From positions 9,362,001-9,426,000 of the forward strand of contig JAQFVV010000009.1 in NCBI GenBank assembly GCA_028023455.1: a stretch of 64,000 nt of DNA. Direction: 5' to 3'. The number at the start of each line of letters is the position of its first letter. The first letter of the stretch is position 1. Under the pieces are notes generated by a model that had not been told where the DNA came from, did no database searches, and saw only the letters and a list, made by a program, of their open reading frames with translations. This document shows, piece by piece, positions 1-12,887 of the stretch. The stretch comes from Epiperipatus broadwayi. Taxonomy: Eukaryota > Animalia > Onychophora. Both the position numbers and the translations under genes were made by a program.

Positions 1-139
1 AGGAATTGCTATCTTAATATAAGCTGAGCACTGATTGTATATATATATGGGAGATTATGATCTGGCCCAATTGACGAGCGCTGGTTCTGCACGAAATATG
101 CATATTGGGGATCAATTATTTTTTTCACATGTGTGTATT

Positions 140-215
140 GTTTGAGATGGAGTGGACAATGAATATAGATTGAAAATCCTAAGTTCAAATCCCTCTATTT
201 CTATTTAATGGATGT
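140..215 (+). mobile_element. Decayed tRNA-derived SINE head (family shared with 42800-42870)
   Basis: gagatggagtgg...aagttcaaatccct; B-box-like GTTCAAATCC; similar sequence at 42800. Confidence 0.4.
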
Positions 216-2128
216 TATTTATTAATATGACTGTACTTGTCTCTTAGTAATTTTATTAGTTAACTCATATTCTAGTTCAGGCATATTTAAATCTAAACAT
301 TTAAAATGAATAGTATTTTTTCAAACATACAATTTTAAGTATTTGATTATTAATAAAGAGATTTAAAGCAAGAATTATGAGATTCCACGAAATATTAGTA
401 GGAAAAATAAATTACAAAATGTTTAAATTCCAAACTTCTAAAATGTGTGTATATACATATTCATTCATATAAAATTATGCGTGATGTCTCTACAACATAT
501 TGTTAGTGTCTCATAATGATAAACAAAATAATTATCATGTACATATTAAGTTACAATTAGTCTAATACTATTAGGAAATCATGCATAATTAATAGAATAG
601 TAAAAATTCATTAAGTACAGGGAATTTAAGTCTTATGGGTGAAATAATTAGAGAAAATAAATAGTGGGAAAAAAATAACCATAGAATTCAAGCTCAATTT
701 AAAATTAAGGGTTATAGAAATAAACTTAATACACTTTATAAAATCAATATCATTATTAATATAAGCAAGTTTAGGAAATATATTGATATAATCACAGGAC
801 CTATAATTGTAAATATTCTATATAACATAAATGTGATTATTAATTATTTTTTTCTTGCATTCTTAAAAAACAACTTCATTTAAAAAAAGGATATCAGAGC
901 ATCTCATGATTCATCGACTTAGTCAGGAAATAAATTGCTGAGTTACTGATCAGAAATAAAAGAATAGTGAATAAAGATGAAATTATAAAAAGGTACCGCA
1001 GAATTAAAGTAAGGTAACTAACCCCTTTTGATTCTTGTTATAGTTTTTATTCAATATTATCATGATAAATTTTTATGATGCACTATACTCACACAAAACT
1101 TATGGAAAAGAGTAGTTTTTGGAAAAAACTGAGTTTAAAATCAATTTTATTCATTTTTTTAGTTCTAGAGGAATTTAGTGATATTCAATAAAATAAATAA
1201 ATGAGCGTAAAATAATCAGGGAGTACTTCATATGATTCATCAACTATTGAAAAGCAGAGATTGTAAATAACAAAAAATAAACTGTCTCATTCATATTACA
1301 CATATGCATAAGCAGGAATGCTCTTATTGTTAAAAGTGAATTTTAAAAAAATCAAACTGTCTTCTATTATTAATGTAGAAATTCTTAAGTTAAAAACTTC
1401 TGTGATTGATTAAAAATATATCTATCTTCTAAAAAATTTTTAAATGAAATATCCACTAAACAAGAAATGTAGCCTCTTTTATATTAAAATAATATAAAAT
1501 ACTGTTTGAAACATCTAAATTTCAAAATTAATGAAAATGTTAAAATTATAAAATACTGAGACTGAATTGTTGATATACACTTCACAATTATTATTTCAAA
1601 TTCATTACAATTCTTAATTAACATTTATTGACCATTAACAATTAATTATTTCAAAATTACGGTATTATCAACTTTTAAATGCTTATGTCTATTTTTTTTT
1701 AGCTTTTACTAGCAAAATTCAAACAAAAATAAAGTATATTTATTTGTGACTTTGTATTTTATTTTTACAAAAATAATAATTTGATCACCAAAAAAATGTT
1801 GACATATTTGATATAATCTATAACTACAAAACTTGTGAATAGAATTTCATTGAATTATTAATGTAGAAAAAACGATTGTCCTATAAGTTCAAATCATTTC
1901 TAGCCATTATTTTTTTTTGGCAAAAGCGACCATCTGTCTGAAATATTTTTCGGTTAATTTAAACTTCTTTTTTTTTTAACATTGTTTTATTAATCATGAA
2001 GATGTTAAAATTTGATTTATAAAGCTTCTCTTTTTACTGGCTTATGAAAACAAACATCTATCATAATCATTATCACTATTAGTTGCTAGATAGTAGCAAT
2101 TACCAAAATTTTCCAAGAATATGGTAAT

Positions 2129-2255
2129 AACGTGAATTAAATCAAAATTTCTTAAATAAACAGATTTTCTATTCACTGATATATATCGAACAATATGCTA
2201 AAAACGTGAATTAAATCAAAATTTCTTAGTTTTCCTATTCACAAATATATATATA
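2129..2255. repeat. Local ~75-bp tandem duplication
   Basis: aacgtgaattaaatcaaaatttctta at 2129 and 2204, each followed by tt(t/c)ctattcac..atatatat. Confidence 0.7.
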
Positions 2256-2528
2256 TTCTTTAGATGGTTGATATTAAAAAAGTTTAAGTGATTAGAATGG
2301 GAGTAAAACACAAAACTAGTTAAAAAGCCTCACACCTTCACTTAAATTTTTATTATATTATTGTTAAATGCATGGTGAACTAAAATAATTCCTCAAGACA
2401 AAAAAAATGTTTTACTTCCCGGTGATAAACATCTCGATTTAATAAAACTATTTCATATATAAAGAAAATATTGAAAACATTAAGTTTATGTAATGTTTTC
2501 TCTATATATGAAGCAGTATTAGTATTAC

Positions 2529-2603
2529 CTTCAATTGATTACATTTCAGTAACGGAGAATTAACATGGTGTCTTAAATATTTCACATACTCTTCCAAACT
2601 TTG
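2529..2603 (-). CDS. Second coding exon of the same gene (QSLEEYVKYLRHHVNSPLLKCNQLK)
   Basis: T-rich acceptor ttctatttttaatag|, 75 nt open in phase 0, donor AAG|GTAATA; joins exon 1 in frame. Downstream exons could not be identified with confidence. Confidence 0.7.
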
Positions 2604-2666
2604 CTATTAAAAATAGAAAATTAAAATAAAAGCCAATAAAATCAACATTAATTATATCTGCAGTAC

Positions 2667-2891
2667 CTTGTCAAAATTATTTTTAAGACCATCTCCCCAA
2701 TCAGGATTTTTTGAGTCTTTAATATTTTTAATGCTTTTAGAAAGATTAACAAGAACGAAATCACTTCTCTCTAAATTTCTCTTCTGTTTCATGAGAACTA
2801 TTTTTTTATTTTTGAAGCATTCGGATTGAATAATTAAATGATGCAACTTTTCTGAAATATCACTTAGTAGATCTACACATTTTTCAGCCAT
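2667..2891 (-). CDS. First coding exon of an unidentified protein (MAEKCVDLLSDISEKLHHLIIQ...GLKNNFDK)
   Basis: ATG at 2891 with an in-frame TAA three codons upstream; 75 open codons; ends at GACAAG|GTACTG donor (phase 0); a 63-nt intron follows to a matching phase-0 exon. Confidence 0.7.
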
Positions 2892-3620
2892 ATTTGTTTA
2901 GACTATAATGCGCAGAATCGGAACTAGTATTTGAATTGTTTGTTTTTACTGTAACGCATCTTAGCGACCTGTGGAATGTTTTCTTGTATTTTCAATAAAA
3001 AATAAAGTCGTAGAGTAATAAAATGAAAACAAATCTAAATTAAATCTGCAAATTTCATATATATACTGTTTATAAATAATCTTTCATAACACCCAGTATT
3101 ACATTAAAACTTTAAAAAATGTCTTTTGTCATAGTAAACTAAATTTTATTATTAGCTAGCAAGGATTTGTGTAAATATACCTTAAGATAATGAATCGTGT
3201 CATTTTACACTTTGCCGAATACGTTTGAGTCAGAAATATTCTGGTAAGAAAGTAAATACGAATATCCTTAACGAATTTTGAAACAAAATGAACATAATAT
3301 TTACATTAATCTTCAAATATTACAAAATTTGATCAATAACAAATATATAATTAGTTACAGCATACTTTATTACATATTATTTTTAGAAGAAATAACTGAG
3401 GAAAAAAATTTTTGGTGCAGAATGGATGGATAGTGAAGATGATCTGTTCTTACTTTAATTGTAATTTTGCAAAGTCAACAGCAGCGATTTGTTCGCGATA
3501 GTGACCATTTCAACTGTAGAAAAAAATAAAATCAAAGATAAAAAGCCAAAATAACATTTTAGAATTATGTTTTCCTGAACCATAAATACATACACATGTA
3601 TCATATGCATCGACGTAGCA
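2892..3620. promoter_or_regulatory. CpG-retaining region upstream of the minus-strand gene (putative promoter/5' UTR, possibly bidirectional)
   Basis: Cluster of CpGs (gcgc, gacg, ttcgcga, tcgacg) against a CpG-poor background, directly upstream of the ATG at 2891; splice-like signals on both strands. Confidence 0.35.
3454..3513 (-). other. Candidate exon, probably 5' UTR (stops in all three frames)
   Basis: Acceptor ttttttctacag| and donor AAA|GTAAGA; a ~77-nt GTATGT...CAG intron lies upstream. Confidence 0.3.
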
Positions 3621-4462
3621 TGTAAAATCTTTTAACTTTTATTGTAATGATGAAATTATTTCCAACCATCTTCTTAGTGAAAGCAGTCAATATTGCACTC
3701 TTTATAATATGAATGGAGTCTGCCTGTACAAAAACTATGCTCAATAACAAAATATTAGAAGGTTTATTACTGTTTACATTCCCAATCCAATGAAGGTTTG
3801 ATGTTATAATAGTAAGCTCTATAATAGAAAATACAGGAATTGAAAACAAAACATACCAACTCTTCTAGATATGAAATTTTTTCAACAACAAAAAAAAGCT
3901 CTAAAGTTCAGCAAATGACTGCCGTTTTAATCCACTAATCATTTTATTAGTCTTTTTATGGATTTTTATGTGAAATATATTATTTAGTCAAAGAGTAAAT
4001 GCTTTATTTTGTTTTTAATTAAGTCACTAATAAAGAAATCATTGCCAGGGAATCAGGCTGCATTTTTTCCCCCTTAATAAACCCAAGAATAAACTGATTT
4101 ATATCTGCAGCATGGTCCTTAAAATCAAGCCACACAAACATATAATTTTGAAAGTTATAAATTAGTAATTTTAGTATTTACTAAATACTGAAATTTAACA
4201 TAATTCAAAACATAAATTTTTTATGACTAAAACTTCTTTTTTACTGCACTAGTGTTTTAAGACCATGATCTATCCAACAATTTGCACTTGGCAGTACTAG
4301 TGTAATATAAGCTTTTTTTATATTCCTATTATTATGTAGTCTATTAGGTGCAATTGTTTTGAATATATATGTATCTAAATTTTTTTTAAAATAATTTTTC
4401 TACCTAAACAAAATATTAATCATCACATGATCACCATTTCGTATGCTTGCTCATAACTGGTG

Positions 4463-4647
4463 TTAAAACAGGCAAAACTCTCCATACAGAGTAATCAATG
4501 GATGCCAGAAGGCTCGTGCATAAAATCCCTATCTATTGGATGAGTAGGCACTAGATAAGAATTTTATGCATAGATTTTCTGGCATCCATTGATTACTCTG
4601 GCTTGCACTGAGTGGCACTACTGTATGGAGAATTTTACCTGTTTTAA
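4463..4647. mobile_element. Fold-back MITE-like element
   Basis: Imperfect arms ttaaaacagg..ctccatacag..agtaatcaatggatgccagaa / ttctggcatccattgattactct..ctgtatggag..cctgttttaa; reverse-complement partial copy at 57576-57685. Confidence 0.75.
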
Positions 4648-5164
4648 ATAAAATATTCATAATAATCAACTATGTGCCATGCAAAAATTCAGCAATAAGC
4701 AGATCACTTTTTATTTATAATAATTTGCTGTGTCCTATGAGCAGCAAGTAAATAATTGACAAAGGCAGAATTGAGATAATAAGCTAATAGTTTAATTTAA
4801 ATAACATATGAGTATTTTTACATATATACATAGTCTATTTAAGGTGTATTAAAATAATAAAAGATCATGGTGACCTGCACATGATAATCCTAGTCCTGCT
4901 TTTGGATTAATACCAGAACCCATAGACCAGAGTCTGGGGATTTATATAGCCCTCAAGACTTCTGGAGTCTTTACATACCTTGCCATATATGGCGTTTTTC
5001 ACATACACATAGTATTTTTACTCTTCTTACCATATGTAGCATTTTATACAGTTTTCTGACCTTATAAGGCTGGCTGTGCAACTCTATAACCTAACAACAT
5101 TGCTATACAATGATAGTTACATTGCTACATTTTGTGGTTACAGTTATTTATATTTTTATTATAT

Positions 5165-5300
5165 ATATAATTATTTACACACAATCATTATACATAATTA
5201 TTGTACAAAGTTATTATTTTTATTCTACACAATCATATATTTATTATACAAAGTTATTATTTTTATTCTACACAATCATTATACATCTATTGTACAACAT
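5165..5300. repeat. AT-rich minisatellite (~45-50 bp unit, 2-3 copies)
   Basis: tacaaagttattattttttattctacacaatcat repeated; accounts for the ORF-track hits at 5076-5458. Confidence 0.75.
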
Positions 5301-5469
5301 ATATATATATATACACACACACTTTGCTTGATCTTGAACACTGCATAATTTTGAGTTATAGTTCACTGTTTCTCCCAATATATGCATTAAAGTTTCCAAA
5401 AATAAAAATTAGATCTTTTAATGGTATTGATGTAGTACAGCTATTCAATAAGGAATAATAATTTTCTTT

Positions 5470-5815
5470 CTCTTAACTTTCTAAAACTGAGATTAGAACA
5501 TAAATACTGATAAAAAGAAAATTAATATCTTTGCAAAAATCAAGTTTTAATATCATAAGCCTTTCATTGATATATTTAAAAATTGCCAGAGTAAAAAGTA
5601 TCAAATTAGATCTCTCAGTAAATCCAACAAATTACAGTCTCCTTTCATTAAAAAAGCTTATAGTCATTTATTTTCTCAGTTAAACTTCTTTTCTTTTGAT
5701 AATAGACTTTACTTATAGCAAATATATCAATATTATAATCTTGATAGTTTCTTAGCTACAAGTGCTGTCCTCTGCTTAGATCTCAAAGAGTTTGCATTAA
5801 GTAAAGTTCACATAT
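5470..5815 (-). mobile_element. RTE-clade LINE endonuclease (APE) remnant
   Basis: Frameshifted translation resembles NVRTL...RTALVAKKLSRYNIDIFAIS...INERLM, the RTE endonuclease N-terminus. Confidence 0.7.
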
Positions 5816-5937
5816 TTTATATACTTATATTTAGAAAAATCTTTAAATACATGTCATTATTACCACTATCTTCTTTTCAATTACTAACCTTATTGATTTT
5901 ATAATTATTTATATTGCTTTAATGAGTGATTTTCCAG

Positions 5938-5994
5938 GCATGGCAACCTTTACAGACTCTGCAAAACGGACAATTTTTATATCATGTTTACTAG
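5938..5994 (+). other. Candidate 57-nt symmetric exon
   Basis: Acceptor ttttccag|, two open frames, weak donor CTAG|GTTTTT. Confidence 0.2.
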
Positions 5995-6641
5995 GTTTTT
6001 CTCATTTTGTGATGTCTAGATTCATCTAATTTTGTGATATAAAAAGAATTTCGTAAATAGGGCTGCTTAATATACAAACTAGGATTCTGGTGAGAATCTG
6101 TAGAAAGCTAGATTAGTGCTATTAAATATAAATTTGGTTTTTCTTATATTTCTTCATATTAACTTACATATATCAAGTTTTCAAGTATACAAATGTTATT
6201 AAGTTGCAAACTCTTGTTCTAAATTCAATTCCATGAATAATTATTATTCTGTCTAATTCCAATATAATTAAGGATTCCCAATCTTTTAAATGTTTTATGG
6301 GCATTGCTTTTTCAACATTTAGTATTTGTAAAAAAAATGAATAAATAGAAATAAAAAATTGGATTTAGAATATAATAAAAGATTGAAGTCAGAATTGCTG
6401 TGCATATAATTAAAGAATGTAAATGTGGTGTAGCTAATGCAGGGAAATAATTGGTGGCATGAGAGTCTTATAACATTCATGCCCTACACTAACTTTATTG
6501 ACTAAAAACTTTGAACATCAAAATCATCCTATTCATCTGCATTTTATGAATCAATATCTTGTCCTTCAAGCTAAATAATATTGATTAGGCAATATTGACT
6601 CTATTAATAGCATGATTTTAATATTCAAATTAAATTAGAGT

Positions 6642-6711
6642 CCCCCCCCCCCCCCCCACCCACCCCCCTTTCGTTTTTTCTTTTTCTGTTATTTTTGTGG
6701 GGGGGGGGGGG
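6642..6711. repeat. Poly-C / poly-G tract pair (hairpin or G4-capable)
   Basis: C-tract 6642-6668 and G-tract ending 6711, separated by a T-rich spacer. Confidence 0.8.
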
Positions 6712-6878
6712 TCTAGTTTGTTTTGGAGTCTTAGTAAACGTTTTATTTAGAAACAAACTTGAAAAGTGGGAGTAAATGATTGGGGTGGTTAAGAGAATCA
6801 GAGATTTGGATTGGAAAAATATTTATCTAAAGATTTTGTTTATTATTTATTAGAATAGGTCGGGGAGAGACGAAGTGG

Positions 6879-7079
6879 AGATGGTTTTATATAAATACGA
6901 ATAAGAGATAGGTGAATGGTGGTTTTATATAAATACGAGTGGAAAATAGATGAATGGTGGTTTTATATAAATAGAGGGAAAATATATGAATGGTGGTTTA
7001 TATAAATACGAGTGGAAGATAAATGAACTGGTGGTTTATATAAATACGAGTGGAAAATAGATGAATGGTGGTTTATATT
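6879..7079 (+). repeat. Minisatellite, ~37-bp unit, 5-6 copies
   Basis: tggtggttt(t)atataaatacgagtggaaaatagatgaa repeated. Confidence 0.85.
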
Positions 7080-8891
7080 CAAAAAAATAATCAATTGGGG
7101 ATAAGGTAGGGGTTGCTTGAAGTTAACCAAGACTGGAAAAAGGATTTGAAGTGATCAGAGATTACGGGAAAGAAAATGTTATTCAATGGTAGAATGGAGA
7201 TACTTAGCGAAGGGAAGGATAAGACGGAAGGACGAATATTGAAGCGGATTCTTAAAAGAAATTATATAAAACTGAATCTATTAGTCTGTTCTACAGCTGG
7301 TCCTACCCCAATAAAACAGGGATAAATGGGAAACAATAATTAGTAAATTTATCTGAAATCTACCTCGGTTAACAGGTGCGATAGTTCAAATTATTAGTGA
7401 ATTATTTCTCATATTATAATAAATTAATGAACATTGAAACTATTATATATATATTTAATATTGAAACTTAGATTGTAATTTTATAACAACACATAGAATA
7501 ATAAAGTGATAACATTTATCAATCGGAAGTGAAAGAATATTTAATTAGAAAGGTGATTATTTTAAAATAACTGATCGTTATAGTACATTAGTTTACTATT
7601 GGATCGTTTGTTTATGGAATAAGAATAAAAAACAATATAAATGATTATTTAAATGATTATTACGATTAATTACAAATGTTATAAATTATTTCTAAAGACT
7701 AGAGAGAGGGTTAAAAAGAAAAGAAAATTTATGAAGTTAAATAATAGATTATAAATGATATAAAGATTAATATAATTCACTTGATTAATAATATTGCACG
7801 GAAGAAAATTAAAGTTCATGTAACAAAGTTCTCTTTTCTTATCAGTGGTTGTAACGTAGGGCGATTTTGAAAGTTATTTGTAAGGATAGTAAATTTTGAG
7901 ATTGGAAGTTGGAAATTCTGAAGTATATGAAACATATCAAACAGCGGACGAGGATCATATTGGAGGAGACAGTCTGAATTACATCAACATTGATTCACTG
8001 GTAAACTTCTTAATAAGATATTTGAATTATTATTAATGTGTGTTGTCTCGAGACTACCTCTCTAAACACGACAAAGTTAGAATGTAAGTTTTCTAGAATT
8101 TGCTGTGATTTGATTGTTTTGTTTTAGGTCTCTTCTCTACTCTAGGATGAGCTGCAACAATCAATTATCTGTTTTTAGAATTTTTAATTTAATATCCTAT
8201 TTTTAAATTGACATAATAATTACATATAAAAATTCTTACTAATTTTGAATACAACTAATTGTTTGTACATTTGTGCAATTAGATTTAATTAAAAATGATC
8301 AAAGGAATGTGATTTTTGATCAGTATTTTTAAATTTATAAATCTTAAAACTAAAATTAAAAAAATACGACTGAAACTTTAAATTAAATGATATAAATAAA
8401 CAAAATATTATTTATGGTTTAATTTATATACATCTTACACATTGATAATAAACTATAAAATATATAATTAATTTTTATTATAAATTAAAATAGAAAAATT
8501 CACTGGGGAAATGGTTTGAATTATAATAAAAACAAAAAAGATCATGATTTTAATATTCAAATTAAATTTCAGTATAAACCTTTATAGCAATTATATACAA
8601 AGTTCATGTGTAAACATTAAAAATATAACAAATTTTTCATTAGTTATGCCAGCTAAAACCATAGACAATTTTGTTTAATGGTTGCTTAATTACAGCACAT
8701 TGAAACTTTAATGTATATAATTATCTGGAAAATTTCCACTATTTTCAGTGTTTAGATCAATATTCCAAGAAAAGATATATATTAAGAAGAATTACATCTC
8801 TTTTTTTTTTCTTCAGAATATCAATTATTAAACTTATAAAAGAGTTACATTCCTTGATTGATAATATGAGAATTACAAATCTTTTTTTTCC

Positions 8892-9137
8892 TTTTCTTTT
8901 AAAAATTGATAAACATGACTTTATTTAAATTTTTACTTATTTCGTATTATTTTTTAAAAGTTAAAAACTGATAGATAAATAAAAATAGTAAAGAGAGAGA
9001 AGAAAAGTACAAAGAAAAATAAAATATTTTTTTTCTTCTCTCTCTCTATTAATTTTATTTATCTATCAATTTTAACTTTTTTTAAAAAAAAAAAATAAGT
9101 AAAAATTTAAATGTTTATCAATTTTTAAAAGAAAAAA
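8892..9137. repeat. AT-rich fold-back inverted repeat
   Basis: cttttaaaaattgataaacat...gatagataaataaaa..agagagagaagaaaa mirrored by ttttcttctctctct..tttatttatctatc...atgtttatcaatttttaaaag. Confidence 0.75.
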
Positions 9138-9939
9138 ACAGGTTTTAATATTTTTGTTAAAGAATGCTGTCTTAAATTAAAATTGATTTTTATTTTCTCT
9201 TTATCTATCTCTGTCTCTACAAAAATATGTCTTTCAAAGAAAAGTATATAATTAAATGATTACCTACTTTTAGCAAATTAAGAACAAAAAATAACTACAA
9301 ATGATTTTTAATGATTAAGGTATAATTGGAATTTCAAAATTAAAAAAAGGAAATAACTCTGTTTTATGAAAATAGAATCAATTGATCAGGGGTTAATGCT
9401 GCATTTTTGAGGTAGTGTGTGATTGGATTAATAGTAAAATAGACAGGGTAATATAGTAAACTTTATGGTCTAGTCAGTAAAAGGTATTCTTAATTCAGTT
9501 GTCATAAAGAAAACATCAGTAGCAATTTACCTGTGAAAAGAACATTGAGAAGTTAATCTTGTAGTCTGTGGAAAGACTAACCTCATTACTAATTTGATAA
9601 TAAGATTTTTGAAATGGATTTAGAGAAAACCATATGCTAAGCTTTAGTTAAAACCAGCATCACCAAATCAACACATAACATGTTTCACTAAAAGAAAATG
9701 TAAAAGAATATTTCTGAGAGAAGTCTTGTTGATTCAAAAACATGACTGACATAGCCTGACCTGGAAATATGTTATATTTATAATTATTATAGGTAGTGTT
9801 TGATGGTGTTGATGCTAAGCAAAACCATATTGATATAACATTCCTGGGCCAGCAATTCTATAGAACTATGATTTCCATAAAATTAAAAAAAATCAAATAA
9901 TCTAAATATGTAAGCCAACTTTTTGGACTTTATGGGATA

Positions 9940-10270
9940 GTAATTAATCAGAGACTGGCTTTTTTGTGTGGGTGTGCCGATAAAAAATTACGTTACTTTC
10001 AAATAGTAGATAACATTAGACTTTTTTGGACAGTAATTCAAACAAAATTTTACAATGAAAGCTGACTTTGACCTTTTTGGGACAATAATTAATCATAGTG
10101 GCATTTGTGTGTGTGTGTATATATATAAAAAAATTATGTTACTTTTTAATAACAAATAATAGTAAATATAGTGCATAGGAAAAGTTTATGGTACTTTCTT
10201 AACAAAAAATAAAAGTAAATTTTACCATTTTTTGGACAATAATTAATCAGACACTGCATTTTGTGGGTAA
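9940..10270 (-). repeat. Degenerate copies of the tandem unit found in the 11.7-12.9 kb element
   Basis: tttggaca(a/g)taattaatcag x3 is the reverse complement of ctgattaattactgtc; aaattacgttacttt is also shared. Confidence 0.6.
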
Positions 10271-10673
10271 AAGTAAATTAGATTGCAATTTACTCACTAA
10301 AGTTAATAATTAGAACAAAATATTAAAATGAAATCTGACTCCAGTGTCTGAAAATTGCCAAGTTTCAGAGTTTGAAGCAGCCATCTTCCTTATCTCAGAC
10401 AATTTCTCACAATACATTACTTTCATCAAAATTTTTGAAATAGGGCTGTGCTGCACCCTAAAATTCAATTTGTGAGGGTTATACAGTCATGATGGAACAG
10501 TGACAACAGTGTTAAAACTGTTAGAAGGTACCAATAGGTCAATTCACATGAAAAAAAGTTGGACATGAAAAGTTAAATTATTTAGACATGATGCAGTCAA
10601 TACACCCTCACACCATACTGTAGTGAAAATAGACAACCCAGCATTATGATAAAGTGCAAATTACAATAAATTA

Positions 10674-11515
10674 TGGCAGCCAATAAAGGCATTTTCTGTG
10701 CTTTTAGTATAGCAAAAAGCCACAGTGGTAGCTAGAAGCTGAGTAAATAGACTCTTTCTGTGTTTTATCATAGAAAGAAGGCTATCTGCTTGGTTGTGAC
10801 TGTGGAAATGGCATATTTCTAGCAATTTAGCTAGAAATAGCACTGTCAAGTGGCTGACACAATTTATTCATTGTAAAATGAATAAATTTAGCTTATGTTA
10901 ATTTATCCTGAAAATGTATGTTAATTTGGAAATAAATATACTTATCAATTAAAATATGAAACTACAAAAGATGTTAATAGAAGTTTTAATGGAAATAGTG
11001 AATAAATGTAACAGATGCTAATTTATCCTGGAAATTATTGTGATTTTAATCTTAACATTTGAAGCTGAAAGAAGGAAAATCTCACCTAAGAGAAACTGAA
11101 GGTAAGGAAAGGAGGGCTTAAGAGGGAGAAACACATTGTAATAATGTATTATATATTTACAAATATTTTTAATGTAACTAACAATTGATAATATTAAGTT
11201 TTTTTTTGATATAGATTTTTTGGTTGCTTTCTCATCCTTGGTGTTCGCCTTAAGATGTCGCTACTTCTAGGTAACCTCCTAGAAATATACCATTTCACCA
11301 GCCCTCACCCAACAAAAGAGGAATTTTTCTACATTATAAATGCAGAAAAGTCCTCATGTTATGTTGGACGGAGGAGGCGGTGGCAGTGACAGAAGCCAAC
11401 ACAAAGAGACTTCTTTCTATGATAAAACACAGAAAGAGTTCCCGATGGCTGCCGGTTATGGCTTTTTTCTATGCTAAAAGCAAAGAAAAAGAAATGCCTT
11501 ATTGGCTGCCATAGT
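10674..11515. mobile_element. Long-TIR / fold-back non-autonomous element
   Basis: tatggcagccaataaaggcattt...ctctttctgtgttttatcatagaaagaag...gaaatggcatatttctag (10674-10822) mirrored at 11279-11515. Confidence 0.7.
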
Positions 11516-11689
11516 AGACGATTTTGTTCATCATTTTCTCATAATAGTAGAATATCTATTTTCTCTGTAGTTTCGTGTGTATTTAAAGCAGTCATAGTTT
11601 TTTAAAATTTGATAAGACGTCTGTTTTTTTTAATGTGTTGTAACTTACTTTACTGTTGTAAGTTTAGTAATAATGTCCTGAAGATTCCA

Positions 11690-12887
11690 TTACGAAGGGG
11701 TAACCCTTAAAAATTGCTTTTAAGGGTGCGAAAGGGAAAAAAATTAAAGGATCACGCGAAAAGTACCGTTTTTGCGAGAATTCGTCCATGACCAGTTACT
11801 TTCGCTATATACATATGCACAAACAAAAACAACCCACTGTCTAATTATTAGGAATTACTTTGTTTTGTTACATTTATTATTTCAAAATAAGATTAGTTTT
11901 TATATCTACACATTAACAAAAACAACCCAGTTCCTGATTAATTACTGTATTTAAAAAAAAAAAAAAAGCAAATTCAATGGGGTTTGATTTTTTTCAATGG
12001 AGTCTTTGAATTACGGTGCGTTTGTTTTTATATATACACAATATTTACCAAAAAAAAAAAGAAACCCACTTTCTGATTAATTACTGTCAAAAGAAATGCA
12101 AATTATTGGGCTATCATTTTTAAATTTAGTATTTCAATAACGGTACCTTTTTTATATAGACAGACTTAACAAAAACAACCCACTTTCTGATTCATTACTG
12201 TCCCCCCAAAAAAAAAAAAACGGAAATTAGTCGGGTATCATTTTTCAATCGAGTCTTTTAATAACGGTCCTTATTAATAATAGTCGGGTATCAATTCTAA
12301 ATTGTAGTATATAAATTACGTTACTTTTGATAGATTTAGAATTATGTCTTGCTTTTTTAATAAAATGATTGATTTACTCTTGACCAAAAATACCGTAACT
12401 TTAAAAAAAGACACACCTAAAGTCCCAAAAAAAAATGAGAAGAAGCCCCATAACTTTAAAGACACACACACACAAACTCAAAAACAATCTAAGATTAATA
12501 AACATTGACTTATTACGTCTTGCTTTGGAATCAAATTATTGATTTACTCTTGCAAAAAAAATACCGTAACTTTAAAAAGACACACCTAAAGTCCAAAAAA
12601 AAAAAATTCGAAAAAGCCACGTAACTTTAAAGACACACACACAAACTCAAAAACAAGATAAGATTAATAAATATTTACTTATTACGTCTTGCTTTTGAAT
12701 AAAATTATTGATTTACTCTTGAAAAAAAAAAAAGACCGTAACTTTAAAAAGACATACGTAAAGTCAAAAAAAAAAAATTAGAAAAACACCGTAACTTTAA
12801 AGACACACACAAACTCAAAAACAAGATAAGATTAATAAACATTTACAAAAATGAAAAAAACTAACATCATATAATAGTATTAGTAGA
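11690..12887 (-). mobile_element. Helitron/DINE-like non-autonomous element with two internal tandem arrays
   Basis: Minus-strand 5' end TCTACTAATACTATTATAT; subterminal hairpins cccttaaaa-attgc-ttttaaggg and cgcgaaaa..tttttgcg at the other end; arrays of ~120-150 bp x3-4 (11820-12290) and ~170-190 bp x3 (12317-12848); CpG-rich, so probably young. No CTRR end seen. Confidence 0.5.

Larger units (their letters stand above)
6611..8568. other. 1.9-kb segment bounded by an exact 26-bp direct repeat
   Basis: catgattttaatattcaaattaaatt at 6611-6636 and 8543-8568; interior is more purine- and CpG-rich than the flanks. Confidence 0.75.

Noticed and set aside
47-172. Short GC-richer ORF (MGDYDLAQLTSAG...)
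   Set aside because: Runs into a SINE remnant, has no supporting splice structure and no recognisable motif.
3601-3849. 82-aa minus-strand ORF
   Set aside because: Starts at a non-ATG codon inside intron-like sequence, cannot be joined in frame to neighbouring exon candidates, and has no recognisable domain.
5076-5458. Three overlapping Y/I-rich ORFs
   Set aside because: Produced by an AT-rich minisatellite.
6879-7079. CRISPR-like conserved/variable alternation
   Set aside because: The variable parts are homologous to each other, there are no cas genes, and the context is eukaryotic; it is a minisatellite.
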